Source: Candidatus Hadarchaeota archaeon (GTDB lineage Archaea > CAYQAE01 > CAYVLA01). Taken from it: 44,332 nt of DNA. The stretch is from contig CAZUNO010000024.1 of the NCBI GenBank assembly GCA_964621445.1, forward strand, positions 1 to 44,332, written 5' to 3'. The notes beneath the pieces were generated by a model. It saw nothing but the letters and a program-made list of their open reading frames with translations. It had not been told where the DNA came from and made no database searches. Both the position numbers and the translations under genes were made by a program. This document shows, one piece after another, positions 9,231 through 18,433 of the stretch. The first letter of the stretch is position 1. Every line of letters begins with the position of its first letter.

Positions 9231-10748
9231 CTATCCTGGAATACTCCAGCTTATTTCCTTGATGGTGTCATAGATATCTCTGTAAACCGCGAATTTCTCC
9301 TGATAGTCCTTTACCTTGACGGGGTCGGGATCGATCCTCCGGGTTGATCGCACATTCGATTTTACCGCCTTCTCGAGGCTGGGGTAGTAACCGGTGGCAG
9401 TGGCAGCCAGCATGGCCGCCCCCAGACAACCGGCCTCGGATGTTGTCATTTTGACGATCTTACGGTTCAATATGTTGGCCTTTATGTCAAGCCATATGGG
9501 GGAGTTTGCCCCTCCTCCGATGGCACGGAGTTCTTTGATCTTGACTCCGCACCCCTCCAGTCTCTCAAGGTTGATTCTGGTCTCGTAGGTAATTCCGTCA
9601 AGTATCGCCTTGTATATCTGGTTCCTGGTTGTTGAGGTTGTTAGTCCCAAGATGGCACCCTTTGACTTGGGGTCCAGATATGGAGTTCCCGTTCCCACGA
9701 AGTGTGGCAGGACGTAAACATCGACGGGTCCCTCGCTTGCATTCCGATCAAGCAGTTCGTAGGGCGAGGTTTTTTTCTCCCTGGACCTTTCAACCTCCGT
9801 TCTGGCATAGTTATCTCTATACCACTTCAGAACTGACCCGGCCCCAAAGTGGAAGGCCAGGGTAACGAACATGCCCTTTTTCACGTGGCAGTAACAGGGA
9901 AAATTCGAGTCCAACATATCCTGGTTCAGGATGGGTTCGTCCATGGCCGGGGTGACGCATTCCACGGTGCCCGTTGAATCAACGGCAGTTCCATTCGCAA
10001 TGGCCCCTCCCCCAAGTGCGCTGCAAGGTTGATCGTGTCCCCCGGTAACCACGGCCAGACCGGCTGGAAGACCCAATTCCTTGGCTTTTTCAGAGCTCAA
10101 CTCGCCCACGACCTCCCCTGATGGCCTCGGGTCCGCTAAAAGGTCCTGATCTATTCCCGCGGTCTCCGTCATGAGGTCTGACCATTCCTTTTCAATTATG
10201 TCAAAAGCCATTGTACGGGAGGCAAGGGAGTGGTCTATTACCGGGTCGAGGCCTAGCCGGAAGAAGAAAAGATCCTCGTAGCAAAGAAATTTCCAGGCGT
10301 CCTGGTAAACCCGGTGCATATTATCCCTGAACCACATGATTTTATTTAGGGTGGTCATGGGATGGAGTGGTTGCCCGGTGATGGAGAAGATCTTTTCCCT
10401 GCCCAGCTCGCTTTCCCACCATTCCGCCTGCGGTATGGTCCTGTTATCGAAGGTGACCACGCTGTTGTATAGAGCCTGGCCATCAGCCGAGATGGGTGTA
10501 ACCGCCTCCCCCTGCACGGATACGCTTAGAGCCTGGATGGAATCCGCTTCCTCCCATTTCCCTAGCTCCTTGAGGACCTCTCTGGTCTTGGACCAGACGG
10601 AATCGGAGTCCAGTTCCCGCCACCCCGGTTTGGGGTAATGGAGGTCATATTCGCGATGTGCTTGCTCCATCTCTCTTCCATTTTGATCGAATATTATGCC
10701 CTTGACAACGGTGGTCCCGATATCCAATCCGGCGTGGTACATTTTCAT
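9231..10748 (-). CDS. FGGY-family carbohydrate kinase (xylulo/fuculokinase-like)
   Basis: GLDIGTT, QGE, D.R, DHSLASRT, GGHDQ, STGT, AIGGGA.S..WL, E.GCLGAAMLA. Confidence 0.93.
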   Translation of the reverse strand: MKMYHAGLDIGTTVVKGIIFDQNGREMEQAHREYDLHYPKPGWRELDSDSVWSKTREVLKELGKWEEADSIQALSVSVQGEAVTPISADGQALYNSVVTFDNRTIPQAEWWESELGREKIFSITGQPLHPMTTLNKIMWFRDNMHRVYQDAWKFLCYEDLFFFRLGLDPVIDHSLASRTMAFDIIEKEWSDLMTETAGIDQDLLADPRPSGEVVGELSSEKAKELGLPAGLAVVTGGHDQPCSALGGGAIANGTAVDSTGTVECVTPAMDEPILNQDMLDSNFPCYCHVKKGMFVTLAFHFGAGSVLKWYRDNYARTEVERSREKKTSPYELLDRNASEGPVDVYVLPHFVGTGTPYLDPKSKGAILGLTTSTTRNQIYKAILDGITYETRINLERLEGCGVKIKELRAIGGGANSPIWLDIKANILNRKIVKMTTSEAGCLGAAMLAATATGYYPSLEKAVKSNVRSTRRIDPDPVKVKDYQEKFAVYRDIYDTIKEISWSIPG

Positions 10749-10751
10749 ACC

Positions 10752-11360
10752 CTACCAGTTCTCGTAACCCTTGTCCTCGGCCTTGTACCCGGCCTGGAGG
10801 GCAAGGTAACGGAGTTTTGAGATGCTGTCCACCACGCTGACCCACATATAGGCCTCCTCCAAGATGCTCCCCGTGGCGAAGACCCCGTGCGACCTTACCA
10901 TCACTGCCTTGTAGTTCTTCAACACCGGTGGGACCTTTTCGGCGGCCTCCGTGGACCCCACGGGCACATCGAGGTCAACTACCGGAATCTTGTGCATGTG
11001 GTATTGTCCCTCAGCGTCCACGGCAACTATCTCCTTCTCGATCAAGGACAGGACTATGGCGTAAGGCGTGTGTGCATGTATTACGGCCAGAGCGGAGGTG
11101 TTCTGGTAAATGGCCCTGTGCACTATGGTTTCCGTCGATGCTAGGACGATCCCACTGTCATCCTCGTATATTCCGGTCTCCACCACGTCCTTTTTCTTGA
11201 TCTCTGCTGACATCGATCCTCTACGGGTTATGAAAATCCGGTCGCCCCTGCGGACGCTAATGTTTCCGCTGTGAGAGGTATTATAACCGTGGGCGTCAAG
11301 GAGTTTACCGAATTTGCGGAATTCCTTCCAGATCTGTGTTTTCTCGTCCTCGGTATCCAA
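10752..11360 (-). CDS. Class II aldolase (L-fuculose-1-phosphate aldolase-like)
   Basis: SHSGNISVR, ASTETIVHRAIY, IHAH, SHGVFA.G..LEEAY zinc-binding motifs. Confidence 0.9.
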   Translation of the reverse strand: MDTEDEKTQIWKEFRKFGKLLDAHGYNTSHSGNISVRRGDRIFITRRGSMSAEIKKKDVVETGIYEDDSGIVLASTETIVHRAIYQNTSALAVIHAHTPYAIVLSLIEKEIVAVDAEGQYHMHKIPVVDLDVPVGSTEAAEKVPPVLKNYKAVMVRSHGVFATGSILEEAYMWVSVVDSISKLRYLALQAGYKAEDKGYENW

Positions 11361-11413
11361 TTTCTGGTGCCCCTTTTGCGCTAATATCGGTGTTGTATAT
11401 GTCTTTTTTAAGG

Positions 11414-12325
11414 CTATTGGCCCAGTTCCAGCATTTCCTTGATTTCCTTGTACCTGTTCCTTATGGTTACCTCGGTGACTCCCGCGGCTTCTGCCACCTC
11501 TTTCTGGGTCCTTTTCTCTTCCTCTTCAAGACAGGCGTAATATAGAGCTGAGGCCGCGACTCCCACGGGACCCTTACCTGAGGCAAGTCCCTCCGATAGA
11601 ACCATCCTGAGTATCTCTATCGCTCTTTGCTGGACTGGCCCTGGAATTGCCAACATGCTGGCGAATCTTGGCACGTAGTCTATGGGGTTGACGGGGACGA
11701 GGTTGATATCCAGTCGCCTGCATATGAATCTGTAGCTTCTTCCAATATCCTTGGTTTCTAGCTTGGTGGCTTCCGAGATCTCGTCCAGGGTACGCGGGAC
11801 CTTGAATTGGCGACAGGTTATGTATACCACGGCCGCCGAGAGAAGTTCGATGGATCTACCCCTAACCAGCCCGGCATCAATGACTTTCCTGTAAAGAAGG
11901 CTTGCCGCTTCACGGAGGTTCTTGGGGAGGTTTAGAAGACCCGAGATGCGCTCGATCTCCGACAGCGCGGTCATCAGGTGACGATCTTTGGATTTCTGCA
12001 TCTTGCTACGAGAATCCCATTTTCTGAGGCGGTGGAATTGATTCTTGGTTCGGGACTTGAGCTTTCTGCCGGATATGTCTCTGTCACGCTTATCGATGGT
12101 TGAGGATAATCCCTTGTCGTGCAGGGAGTAGGTGGAAGGGGCTCCTGTCCTCTCGCGTTCCCTTCTTTGATCCGCGTCAAATGCTCGCCATTCCGGGCCC
12201 CTATCTATCAACCTGTCGGATATGACATAGCCGCACTTGGAACAGATGACCTCTCCCCTTAGTGGATCCTCCTCAAGCTTCTTACTCCCGCATTCAGGAC
12301 ATGTCTGTTCCTCTTCCTCCACCAC
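11414..12325 (-). CDS. tfb: Transcription initiation factor IIB
   Basis: CPECG...C..CG ribbon, IDRGPEWRAF B-reader, two cyclin repeats (VRGRSIE; GKGPVG.AA..LY), RTQKEVA..AGVTEVTIRNRYKE. Confidence 0.98.
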   Translation of the reverse strand: MVEEEEQTCPECGSKKLEEDPLRGEVICSKCGYVISDRLIDRGPEWRAFDADQRRERERTGAPSTYSLHDKGLSSTIDKRDRDISGRKLKSRTKNQFHRLRKWDSRSKMQKSKDRHLMTALSEIERISGLLNLPKNLREAASLLYRKVIDAGLVRGRSIELLSAAVVYITCRQFKVPRTLDEISEATKLETKDIGRSYRFICRRLDINLVPVNPIDYVPRFASMLAIPGPVQQRAIEILRMVLSEGLASGKGPVGVAASALYYACLEEEEKRTQKEVAEAAGVTEVTIRNRYKEIKEMLELGQ

Positions 12326-12484
12326 ACACCGTCCTCCTAATTAGGGTCCCTCGGAAGCCGAGAACCGTGTACCTAAGGATGTACTGCTACTTATACTTGT
12401 TTTCGATTTGGCCCCAATTCCCGGATATGGCCGCCCCTTTCGGACTGAACTTATTAGAGGGACGGGGGCAAAGAGGGATGGATT

Positions 12485-13216
12485 ATGTTGACCAACGAAG
12501 ACATCATCGAACGTCTGGTGGAGGTTTCGCACGAAACGGCCCGCAAGGGTTTGGTCATCGCTGGGGAGGGAAATACCTCCGCCAGGTCATCGGGGAGTTA
12601 TACCTGCTGGGTAAAGAGGTCGGGTTGTGAGCTGGCCAAGGTAACGAGGAACGATTTCGTGGAAGTGGACATCGAACTGGCCGTTAAGAACCTCAGTAAG
12701 GCCCAGGAGGCCGTGGTTCGTAGATCGGATGATAACCACCGTGCGTCCATTGAGACGGCCATGCATGCATGTATATACAGTGAACAGTGTGATGCGAATT
12801 TCGTGATCCATACCCATTCGCCCTATGCCCTGGGAGGGTGCTGTACCTCAAGCCTCAAATCCTTCTTCAGCCCACAGTTTCCGGACTCCGTGGTCTATCT
12901 GGGGGAGCCTAAGAGAAACTGGATATTCCTGGATTACGCTCGCCCGGGAGAGGAGGTGGCGAGCTTGCTGGAGGAAAGGCTGAGGAAAATTGAGAATCTT
13001 AGAGTAGTGGTACTGGCCAACCACGGGATACTAACCGTCGGGGAGACGGCCTCCGAGGCCATGGCCCGTGCTGAGATGGTGGAAAAACAGAGTCTTGTCA
13101 GGGTTATTTCATCAATTTGGGGTGAGCCAAAGGACCTTGATCCCGTAGAGGTCGAATATATCCGTGGTTGGGAGTCGGAGAAATATAGACAGCGGGTTAT
13201 GAAGGAGAGGGGTTAA
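12485..13216 (+). CDS. Class II aldolase/adducin-family protein (second, divergent paralogue)
   Basis: GEGNTSAR, VKRSG, ASIETAMHA, IHTH, LANHG motifs; ends WESEKYRQ. Confidence 0.88.
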   Translation: MLTNEDIIERLVEVSHETARKGLVIAGEGNTSARSSGSYTCWVKRSGCELAKVTRNDFVEVDIELAVKNLSKAQEAVVRRSDDNHRASIETAMHACIYSEQCDANFVIHTHSPYALGGCCTSSLKSFFSPQFPDSVVYLGEPKRNWIFLDYARPGEEVASLLEERLRKIENLRVVVLANHGILTVGETASEAMARAEMVEKQSLVRVISSIWGEPKDLDPVEVEYIRGWESEKYRQRVMKERG

Positions 13217-13548
13217 GAGGTATCCTTCCAAACATGGTTGCACTTTGTGCAAGTGAGGTATACCGTCTCTGCCTCGTCGCCGCCTCTGGTCTGGACAGAG
13301 TAATAGTAAGCCTCCTTATTTCCACATTTCCTGCAGATGGCCTTGGTCTTGGGGTATGGGACTATCTCATCCTTAACCACGACCACGCTTTCCTTTCCCG
13401 AGGCGTTGGGGTGGTCATCGGACATCACGTATTCCTTCTTCGATTCACCAATTTCCTGGACTGCTCCACAGGAACGACAGACGAGAACTCTTTTTCCATC
13501 AACAGTTTTTGGAGAAAGTAGTGTTCCACATTTGGGACAGAATTTCAT
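13213..13548 (-). CDS. tfs: Transcription elongation factor S (TFS/RpoM family)
   Basis: FCPKCG...CRSCG and CRKCG...QTRGGDE...CTKC zinc ribbons; catalytic DE retained. Confidence 0.93.
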   Translation of the reverse strand: MKFCPKCGTLLSPKTVDGKRVLVCRSCGAVQEIGESKKEYVMSDDHPNASGKESVVVVKDEIVPYPKTKAICRKCGNKEAYYYSVQTRGGDEAETVYLTCTKCNHVWKDTS

Positions 13549-13964
13549 TTATCTTCCTCTCCTTCGCTTTCTTCATTTAACCGGTTCTTATAGTCCTCTA
13601 TCATTTTCGAATGGTCAAATGCGAGGTCCTTAGGTATATCCTTGAGTTTAAACAATTTGACTTCTGCTGCATCGCTTCCGTGACATGGATCCCCCTCACC
13701 CATACCAACGAAGGCAATGCTTATGGACCTACCCCTGGGGTCTCGATCAGGATCGGAATACACCCCAAGCAGACTGAGATTTTTGACTTCCAAACCGGTT
13801 TCCTCCCTGGCCTCTCTAATCGCTGCCTGTTCCACTCTCTCATCATCCTCGACGAACCCGCCTGGAATCGCCCAGCAACCCCTGTACGGTGGGGAACCTC
13901 TACGTATCAGGGGGATGCCGTCTGGAGTTTCGATAATTATGTCCACGGTAACAAATGTGCTCAT
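13545..13964 (-). CDS. NUDIX hydrolase (ADP-ribose pyrophosphatase-like)
   Basis: PGGFVEDDERVEQAAIREAREETG Nudix box; YSDPDRDPRG; LAFDH. Confidence 0.93.
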   Translation of the reverse strand: MSTFVTVDIIIETPDGIPLIRRGSPPYRGCWAIPGGFVEDDERVEQAAIREAREETGLEVKNLSLLGVYSDPDRDPRGRSISIAFVGMGEGDPCHGSDAAEVKLFKLKDIPKDLAFDHSKMIEDYKNRLNEESEGEEDK

Positions 13965-14582
13965 TCATACCCTTCCATGGGATTCTCCCTTAACCACGCC
14001 GGATGCTATCATGTGGGCGACCCTTATTGGCTCCGGCATGAGGGAGGTGGTAGAGGTTATGTCTATGATTCGGTGGGCGTCCTCCTCCTGTATGCCAAAG
14101 CTTTGAAAAAAGACGTGTGCCCTTCCCCGATCATCCGGGAACATGTGTTTCAGAGGCTCCCCGGCACGCTTGATCTTTTCCCACCGCGTTTCAAAGTCGG
14201 GAAAGTTCCGTAGTGCCCTCTTGATCGATCCAAGATCCGGTTGGTTACGGGTGACTGAAATCAATGGGAGATCGGAGCGTCGGAAAAATGCGGGGCCATC
14301 GATGATATTGAAACCCCCGAAGGTCAACCCGTCGGTCATGACCACCCTTATCTGCCCTCGATGCCTTGAATTTTTAACCATATGGAGCAGCCGATCGGTG
14401 ACGTCGTTTCCATCGACTTCGATTTCGGTGGTAAGCACCGCGTCCATACGGGAACCGCCTCTGAAAACCACACCGACCACAAAAGCAGTTTTCCCTTTTC
14501 CGAATTCAAAGGGACCATCATCAACGCCAACGACCCTGATCTCGTCTTTTATCTCCCAGAATTTGGCAGCTGATCTAGACAT
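13965..14582 (-). CDS. DUF99/UPF0215 family protein (endonuclease V-like fold)
   Basis: IK.EIRVVGVDDGPF, EVDG.D.T, DGLTFGGFNIID, PEPIRVAHMIASG. Confidence 0.9.
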   Translation of the reverse strand: MSRSAAKFWEIKDEIRVVGVDDGPFEFGKGKTAFVVGVVFRGGSRMDAVLTTEIEVDGNDVTDRLLHMVKNSRHRGQIRVVMTDGLTFGGFNIIDGPAFFRRSDLPLISVTRNQPDLGSIKRALRNFPDFETRWEKIKRAGEPLKHMFPDDRGRAHVFFQSFGIQEEDAHRIIDITSTTSLMPEPIRVAHMIASGVVKGESHGRV

Positions 14583-15036
14583 TTTCGGGGATCTCCAGAT
14601 TCTCTAGGACCCTGTCAATGAGTTCGCCCAAAGCTTGGGCATATTCGTCCTCGTCGAAGTGGTCTCCCATACGATTGGCCAGGAACATTATGCTCTCCCT
14701 TATCTTGATCTCGCCCCTTAGCCATGCATAGGCGAATATCGCTTCCACGACATCGCCTTTCTTGTGTTTATCACTACGCCTGGGAATAACATCGCTATGT
14801 TCACATCCTGCGATCGCCTTGGCCAGGATCAAATTGGGTACCTTGCTGCCGTCCGCAGCCCCCCGACTTATTGAAATACTGAGCGAGTAAATGAAGTTCA
14901 TTAGGGCGTCACCTAGCTTGGATAGCTTCTTGTTATTCACCACACCCTCTATGGTAGCTGGGGTTTCGATGAGGTCATCGAAAGGGTCCTTGTGGATTTT
15001 AGCCCAGGGCGGCTTCAAATTCACCACTAAGATCAT
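14575..15036 (-). CDS. Archaeal stand-alone RNase III-like (Mini-III-like) protein
   Basis: LSKLGDALMNFIYSL, KVPN..LA.A, R.DKH.KGDVVEAIFAYAWL; resembles the Thermococcales RNase III-family hypothetical. Start uncertain. Confidence 0.8.
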   Translation of the reverse strand: MILVVNLKPPWAKIHKDPFDDLIETPATIEGVVNNKKLSKLGDALMNFIYSLSISISRGAADGSKVPNLILAKAIAGCEHSDVIPRRSDKHKKGDVVEAIFAYAWLRGEIKIRESIMFLANRMGDHFDEDEYAQALGELIDRVLENLEIPENV

Positions 15037-15292
15037 CGCAGATCTCCACGAGTCTTTGAGTTGCTCGTTTCAGCGCTGTTTCCGGCCGCCTTCGGTTCTG
15101 GGTTTCCAGCTCGAACTTTGGCTTGTATCTGTGGGTAATTGGATGCTCGATTACGTAGGCTGCTCTCTTAACATCATCCGACTCGGAGAGAATGCTTCTT
15201 AGTATATTGGCGAAGGTGTGTCCTTCCCCTTTCAAGTAGAATTTCATGTATCTATTGTCGGATTCCAGTGCCTCTATCTCCACTCGAATCAC
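14999..15292 (-). CDS. rpoL: DNA-directed RNA polymerase subunit L (Rpo11)
   Basis: GEGHTFANILRS.L...V..AAY.IEHP; directly after csl4. Confidence 0.95.
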   Translation of the reverse strand: MIRVEIEALESDNRYMKFYLKGEGHTFANILRSILSESDDVKRAAYVIEHPITHRYKPKFELETQNRRRPETALKRATQRLVEICDDLSGEFEAALG

Positions 15293-15877
15293 CTACAAGG
15301 GGTTTGAACCGTAGAGCTTTGAGACCTTTCTCTTCTCGTTCCTGTCGCATTCCTCGCAATAGACCCGCTTCCCGCGAGCCACCATGGGGTTTCGGCATTC
15401 CTGGCACTTTGCAAGTATGACCCCGAATTCCTGACCCACAGTGCTTAGTATCATGGGGTCCCTCTTAGTGTTTACCACCTTGGCCCTGACGATGTCGCCA
15501 ACCTGGAACTGACTGGTCAGATTTTTGACATACTTGTTCCGAGTCTGGGAGATGTGTACCGCTCCTTGCGGCGCCGAGGGGATCTCCCTTTTATTTTCAC
15601 CCTCGATGGAGATGATATCCATCTTGGTGAACTGGCCCCTCATGTAGGATACCATACCTATGACGGTGTCACCCTTTTCCGGGTAGGGGGGCAAGTTGCT
15701 TGTAGGGTTGACAAATACCTTTCTTGCCTTGTTGTCGAAATTTACTATGCCGGTTGCCGATGAATATACAACGCCAGAATCGACGAATGCGTTGTCACCG
15801 GGGATAAATTCCTCTTCAACACCGAGGACGTCCCCCGGAATCACAAAATCACCTGTCTGTATCTTTCTCTGAGCCAA
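15293..15877 (-). CDS. csl4: Exosome complex RNA-binding protein Csl4
   Basis: FVIPGDVLG.EEEF.PG, S1 domain (HIS...F.VGDIVRAKV), C-terminal C..C...C..C ribbon ending E.RKVS..YG. Confidence 0.95.
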   Translation of the reverse strand: MAQRKIQTGDFVIPGDVLGVEEEFIPGDNAFVDSGVVYSSATGIVNFDNKARKVFVNPTSNLPPYPEKGDTVIGMVSYMRGQFTKMDIISIEGENKREIPSAPQGAVHISQTRNKYVKNLTSQFQVGDIVRAKVVNTKRDPMILSTVGQEFGVILAKCQECRNPMVARGKRVYCEECDRNEKRKVSKLYGSNPL

Positions 15878-16526
15878 TATCTTTCCTCCTGATGATGAAC
15901 AGATCGGTCAGTACTACATACTTGGGCTTCCTGTGGAAGTCGAACTGGTGGGGAATGGAGACCTCTATTCCGATCTTATCCTGAACTGCGCCTCCCAGTT
16001 CCCATACATAGGCATTGACGAACCTCTCCACCCCTTCATCCCTCTTGTGAAGCGAGTAAAGGACCGGAGAGAGTTCAAGTCCCTTCCTCAGGAAAACTCG
16101 GTCCGATGACCGCGTCTGAACCCCGAAAGGGGGGTTCTGGACTGCCGTGTCGAATCTCCCCGTTTCTTGTATGTCGACCCGGGCCACATCGTTCTCTATC
16201 AATTTCACCCTAGTACTGACTACATCCCTTGCATGGGCCTGTGCTATATTTATGTTTTCTTGAGCGGTTTCCAGAGCTAGGGGATCGATATCAATCCCCA
16301 CCACCTCTTTCGCCCCACAGAGAGCGGCAGCTATGGCAAGCATTCCAGTTCCGCAACCCAGGTCACAAACGCGTCGGTTTTCTATATCTCCTCTATCCCA
16401 GGCCACGGTTATAATCCTGGCTGCCGCTTGGGGGGAAATATCATACTGCTCCAATCTGGGGTCGGGGTCCGGATGGCGGGAGAGGTGGGACAATATCATC
16501 TCCAGTTTTCTCTTACGTAATCTCAT
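15849..16526 (-). CDS. METTL5-family N6-adenine RNA methyltransferase
   Basis: LEQY, DLGCGTG.LAI, NPPFG, FH.K. Start moved to ATG 16526 (MRLRKRKLE), overlapping the end of dph2. Confidence 0.92.
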   Translation of the reverse strand: MRLRKRKLEMILSHLSRHPDPDPRLEQYDISPQAAARIITVAWDRGDIENRRVCDLGCGTGMLAIAAALCGAKEVVGIDIDPLALETAQENINIAQAHARDVVSTRVKLIENDVARVDIQETGRFDTAVQNPPFGVQTRSSDRVFLRKGLELSPVLYSLHKRDEGVERFVNAYVWELGGAVQDKIGIEVSIPHQFDFHRKPKYVVLTDLFIIRRKDIGSEKDTDR

Positions 16527-17517
16527 CCAGAGCATACTCCTCCCATTTACGTTCGCCAAGTAGAATTTCGAGTTCGATCGGGGTGATAACGGGTTTGGGG
16601 AACAGGACGGAGTCCTCTAAGGACATCCTTGGGCATCCGAAATTCACGTATGCATCGCATTTAGTTATCCTGAGTCGTTCGGGGTCGAGGTGGTCCGAAC
16701 AAAAGACGGTCCCTTCATATCCATCTTTCTCCAATTTTCCGAGGCAGGAAAGGGCCTCCTCGAGCCTATTTTGACCAGGTTTGGTGGAAACGATTATCCC
16801 AAATCTTCGGGCTCCCCTCGCTTTCTCGATTTGGGCGAATCTCTTTCTCAGGGCTCTCTCCGTCATCTCTTGCGCATCCCTGAGTTCATTTGAAAAGGGA
16901 TCCAACACGTAAACTTTCTTGCCTGTGCTTAGTGCCGCACCAAGGGGGTGGAAGTCGCCTCCTCCGACATACAGGAAGGCATCAACTTCCCCTTCCAGGC
17001 TTCTTGCAGCATGAAAGTTGCACCCAAGTATCTGACCTGGGTACTGGGTTCGGGTGCCTTGGGGTGCTACCCTGACTTGATGACCATTTTCCTCCAGTGT
17101 CCTGGATATCTCAGGTATCTCCTGGACATGTTGGACGTTTGCTAGGATGCCAATCCTGGATTCGGTTATACGTTTGACCTTTCTTCTCAGAGTTTCCTTG
17201 CCGGACACCCCGGAGAAGCAGGGCACGTATATGACCGGAATGCCGGGCAGATCGGTCATCTTGGCGTGGCCCATGTGCACGATGATGTCAGCTCCAAGCT
17301 CTGACAGAGAGCAAGGTATATCACAGGCACCAAAACAGGGGTCAATGGAAAAAACCGGGAAAGCTGAGGTCTCGGCCTCCACCTTCCGCCTTATATGGGG
17401 TATGTATCTCTTTAGTCCATCCGGCATTTGGAATACGACCACTCGGCTTTGCCTTCTACTTATTTCATCGATAACTCTCTCGAGTTCAAGGTCATAGTCC
17501 GGATAGGAAGTTTCCAC
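16513..17517 (-). CDS. dph2: Diphthamide biosynthesis enzyme Dph2
   Basis: QMPDGLK, CFGACD, HMGH, GQILGCN, GGG.FH.LG, STKPGQ, GCPR.S.ED. Confidence 0.96.
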   Translation of the reverse strand: METSYPDYDLELERVIDEISRRQSRVVVFQMPDGLKRYIPHIRRKVEAETSAFPVFSIDPCFGACDIPCSLSELGADIIVHMGHAKMTDLPGIPVIYVPCFSGVSGKETLRRKVKRITESRIGILANVQHVQEIPEISRTLEENGHQVRVAPQGTRTQYPGQILGCNFHAARSLEGEVDAFLYVGGGDFHPLGAALSTGKKVYVLDPFSNELRDAQEMTERALRKRFAQIEKARGARRFGIIVSTKPGQNRLEEALSCLGKLEKDGYEGTVFCSDHLDPERLRITKCDAYVNFGCPRMSLEDSVLFPKPVITPIELEILLGERKWEEYALDEIT

Positions 17518-17614
17518 ATGTGGGGTTGTCCCTATACCGATTTTAATGCTTTTAGAATCCTAGTATGCTAGACAAGAGTAAAGAACTTGAAACGGGAAGA
17601 TGGTAATGTGTTAG

Positions 17615-18433
17615 ATGTGGTCGAAGGTGCCTAAGAGGAAGTTGGATAAATTTCGCAAGGAGAGGGCTCTGGACAAGAAGAAAAGGGAGAGACTGGAGAA
17701 GGACATCGATGAGTTCCGGGTCTTTGCGGAAGTATTTGATTCCTCCACACTGATGGCGATATATCGCCTGCTGAGCCGAGGGGTGATAACAGGGGTACAT
17801 GGATGCATTAGAATGGGGAAGGAGTCCTGCATACATCTAGCCGAAGCTGAAGAGGAGGTGGTTATTCTCAAAGTTTACAGGGTTGCAACCTCCGATTTCA
17901 GAAATATGTGGCGTTATATACGGAGCGATCCCAGGTTCGATACAATTGCCAGAAAGAGAAGGAAAGTAATCCACACCTGGGCCTCCAGGGAATACAAGAA
18001 CCTTAGCACGGCCCGTGAGGCCGGTTGTTCCTGTCCCGAACCGATACAGTGGCACGAGAATCTCATCGTCATGGAATGCATAGAGAAGGAAGGGATGCCC
18101 GCACCGAGGCTGGTTGACATCGATTGCCAGTTCCCTGAGAGGTATCTGAAATCACTGGTGGGGGATTATAGGGCACTTTACCAGGAAGGCGAGATTGTCC
18201 ATGGAGATCTCTCACCGTATAATGTTTTGGAATCCGATGAGGGCCCGGTTATGATAGATTTCTCCCAGGGAACCATAAAGGATAATCCTCTTGCCGTCAA
18301 TCTCCTATTCAGGGATATCGAGAATTTGCTCCCCTATTTCAGCAAAAGGGGCTTGGAATCCGATGTTCAGTCCCTGGTGGAGGACATAACCGGCGTTGAG
18401 GGAATAGAACCAGATGAGAGCATCGCTATATGA
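17615..18433 (+). CDS. rio1: RIO1-family Ser/Thr kinase/ATPase
   Basis: GKES, KVYR...SDF..M..YI..DPRF, WA.REY.NL, HGDLSPYNVL, IDFSQ, RDI.N. Confidence 0.95.
   Translation: MWSKVPKRKLDKFRKERALDKKKRERLEKDIDEFRVFAEVFDSSTLMAIYRLLSRGVITGVHGCIRMGKESCIHLAEAEEEVVILKVYRVATSDFRNMWRYIRSDPRFDTIARKRRKVIHTWASREYKNLSTAREAGCSCPEPIQWHENLIVMECIEKEGMPAPRLVDIDCQFPERYLKSLVGDYRALYQEGEIVHGDLSPYNVLESDEGPVMIDFSQGTIKDNPLAVNLLFRDIENLLPYFSKRGLESDVQSLVEDITGVEGIEPDESIAI

Noticed and set aside
13611-14607. Several 129-200 aa plus-strand ORFs
   Set aside because: Antisense to well-supported NUDIX and DUF99 genes.
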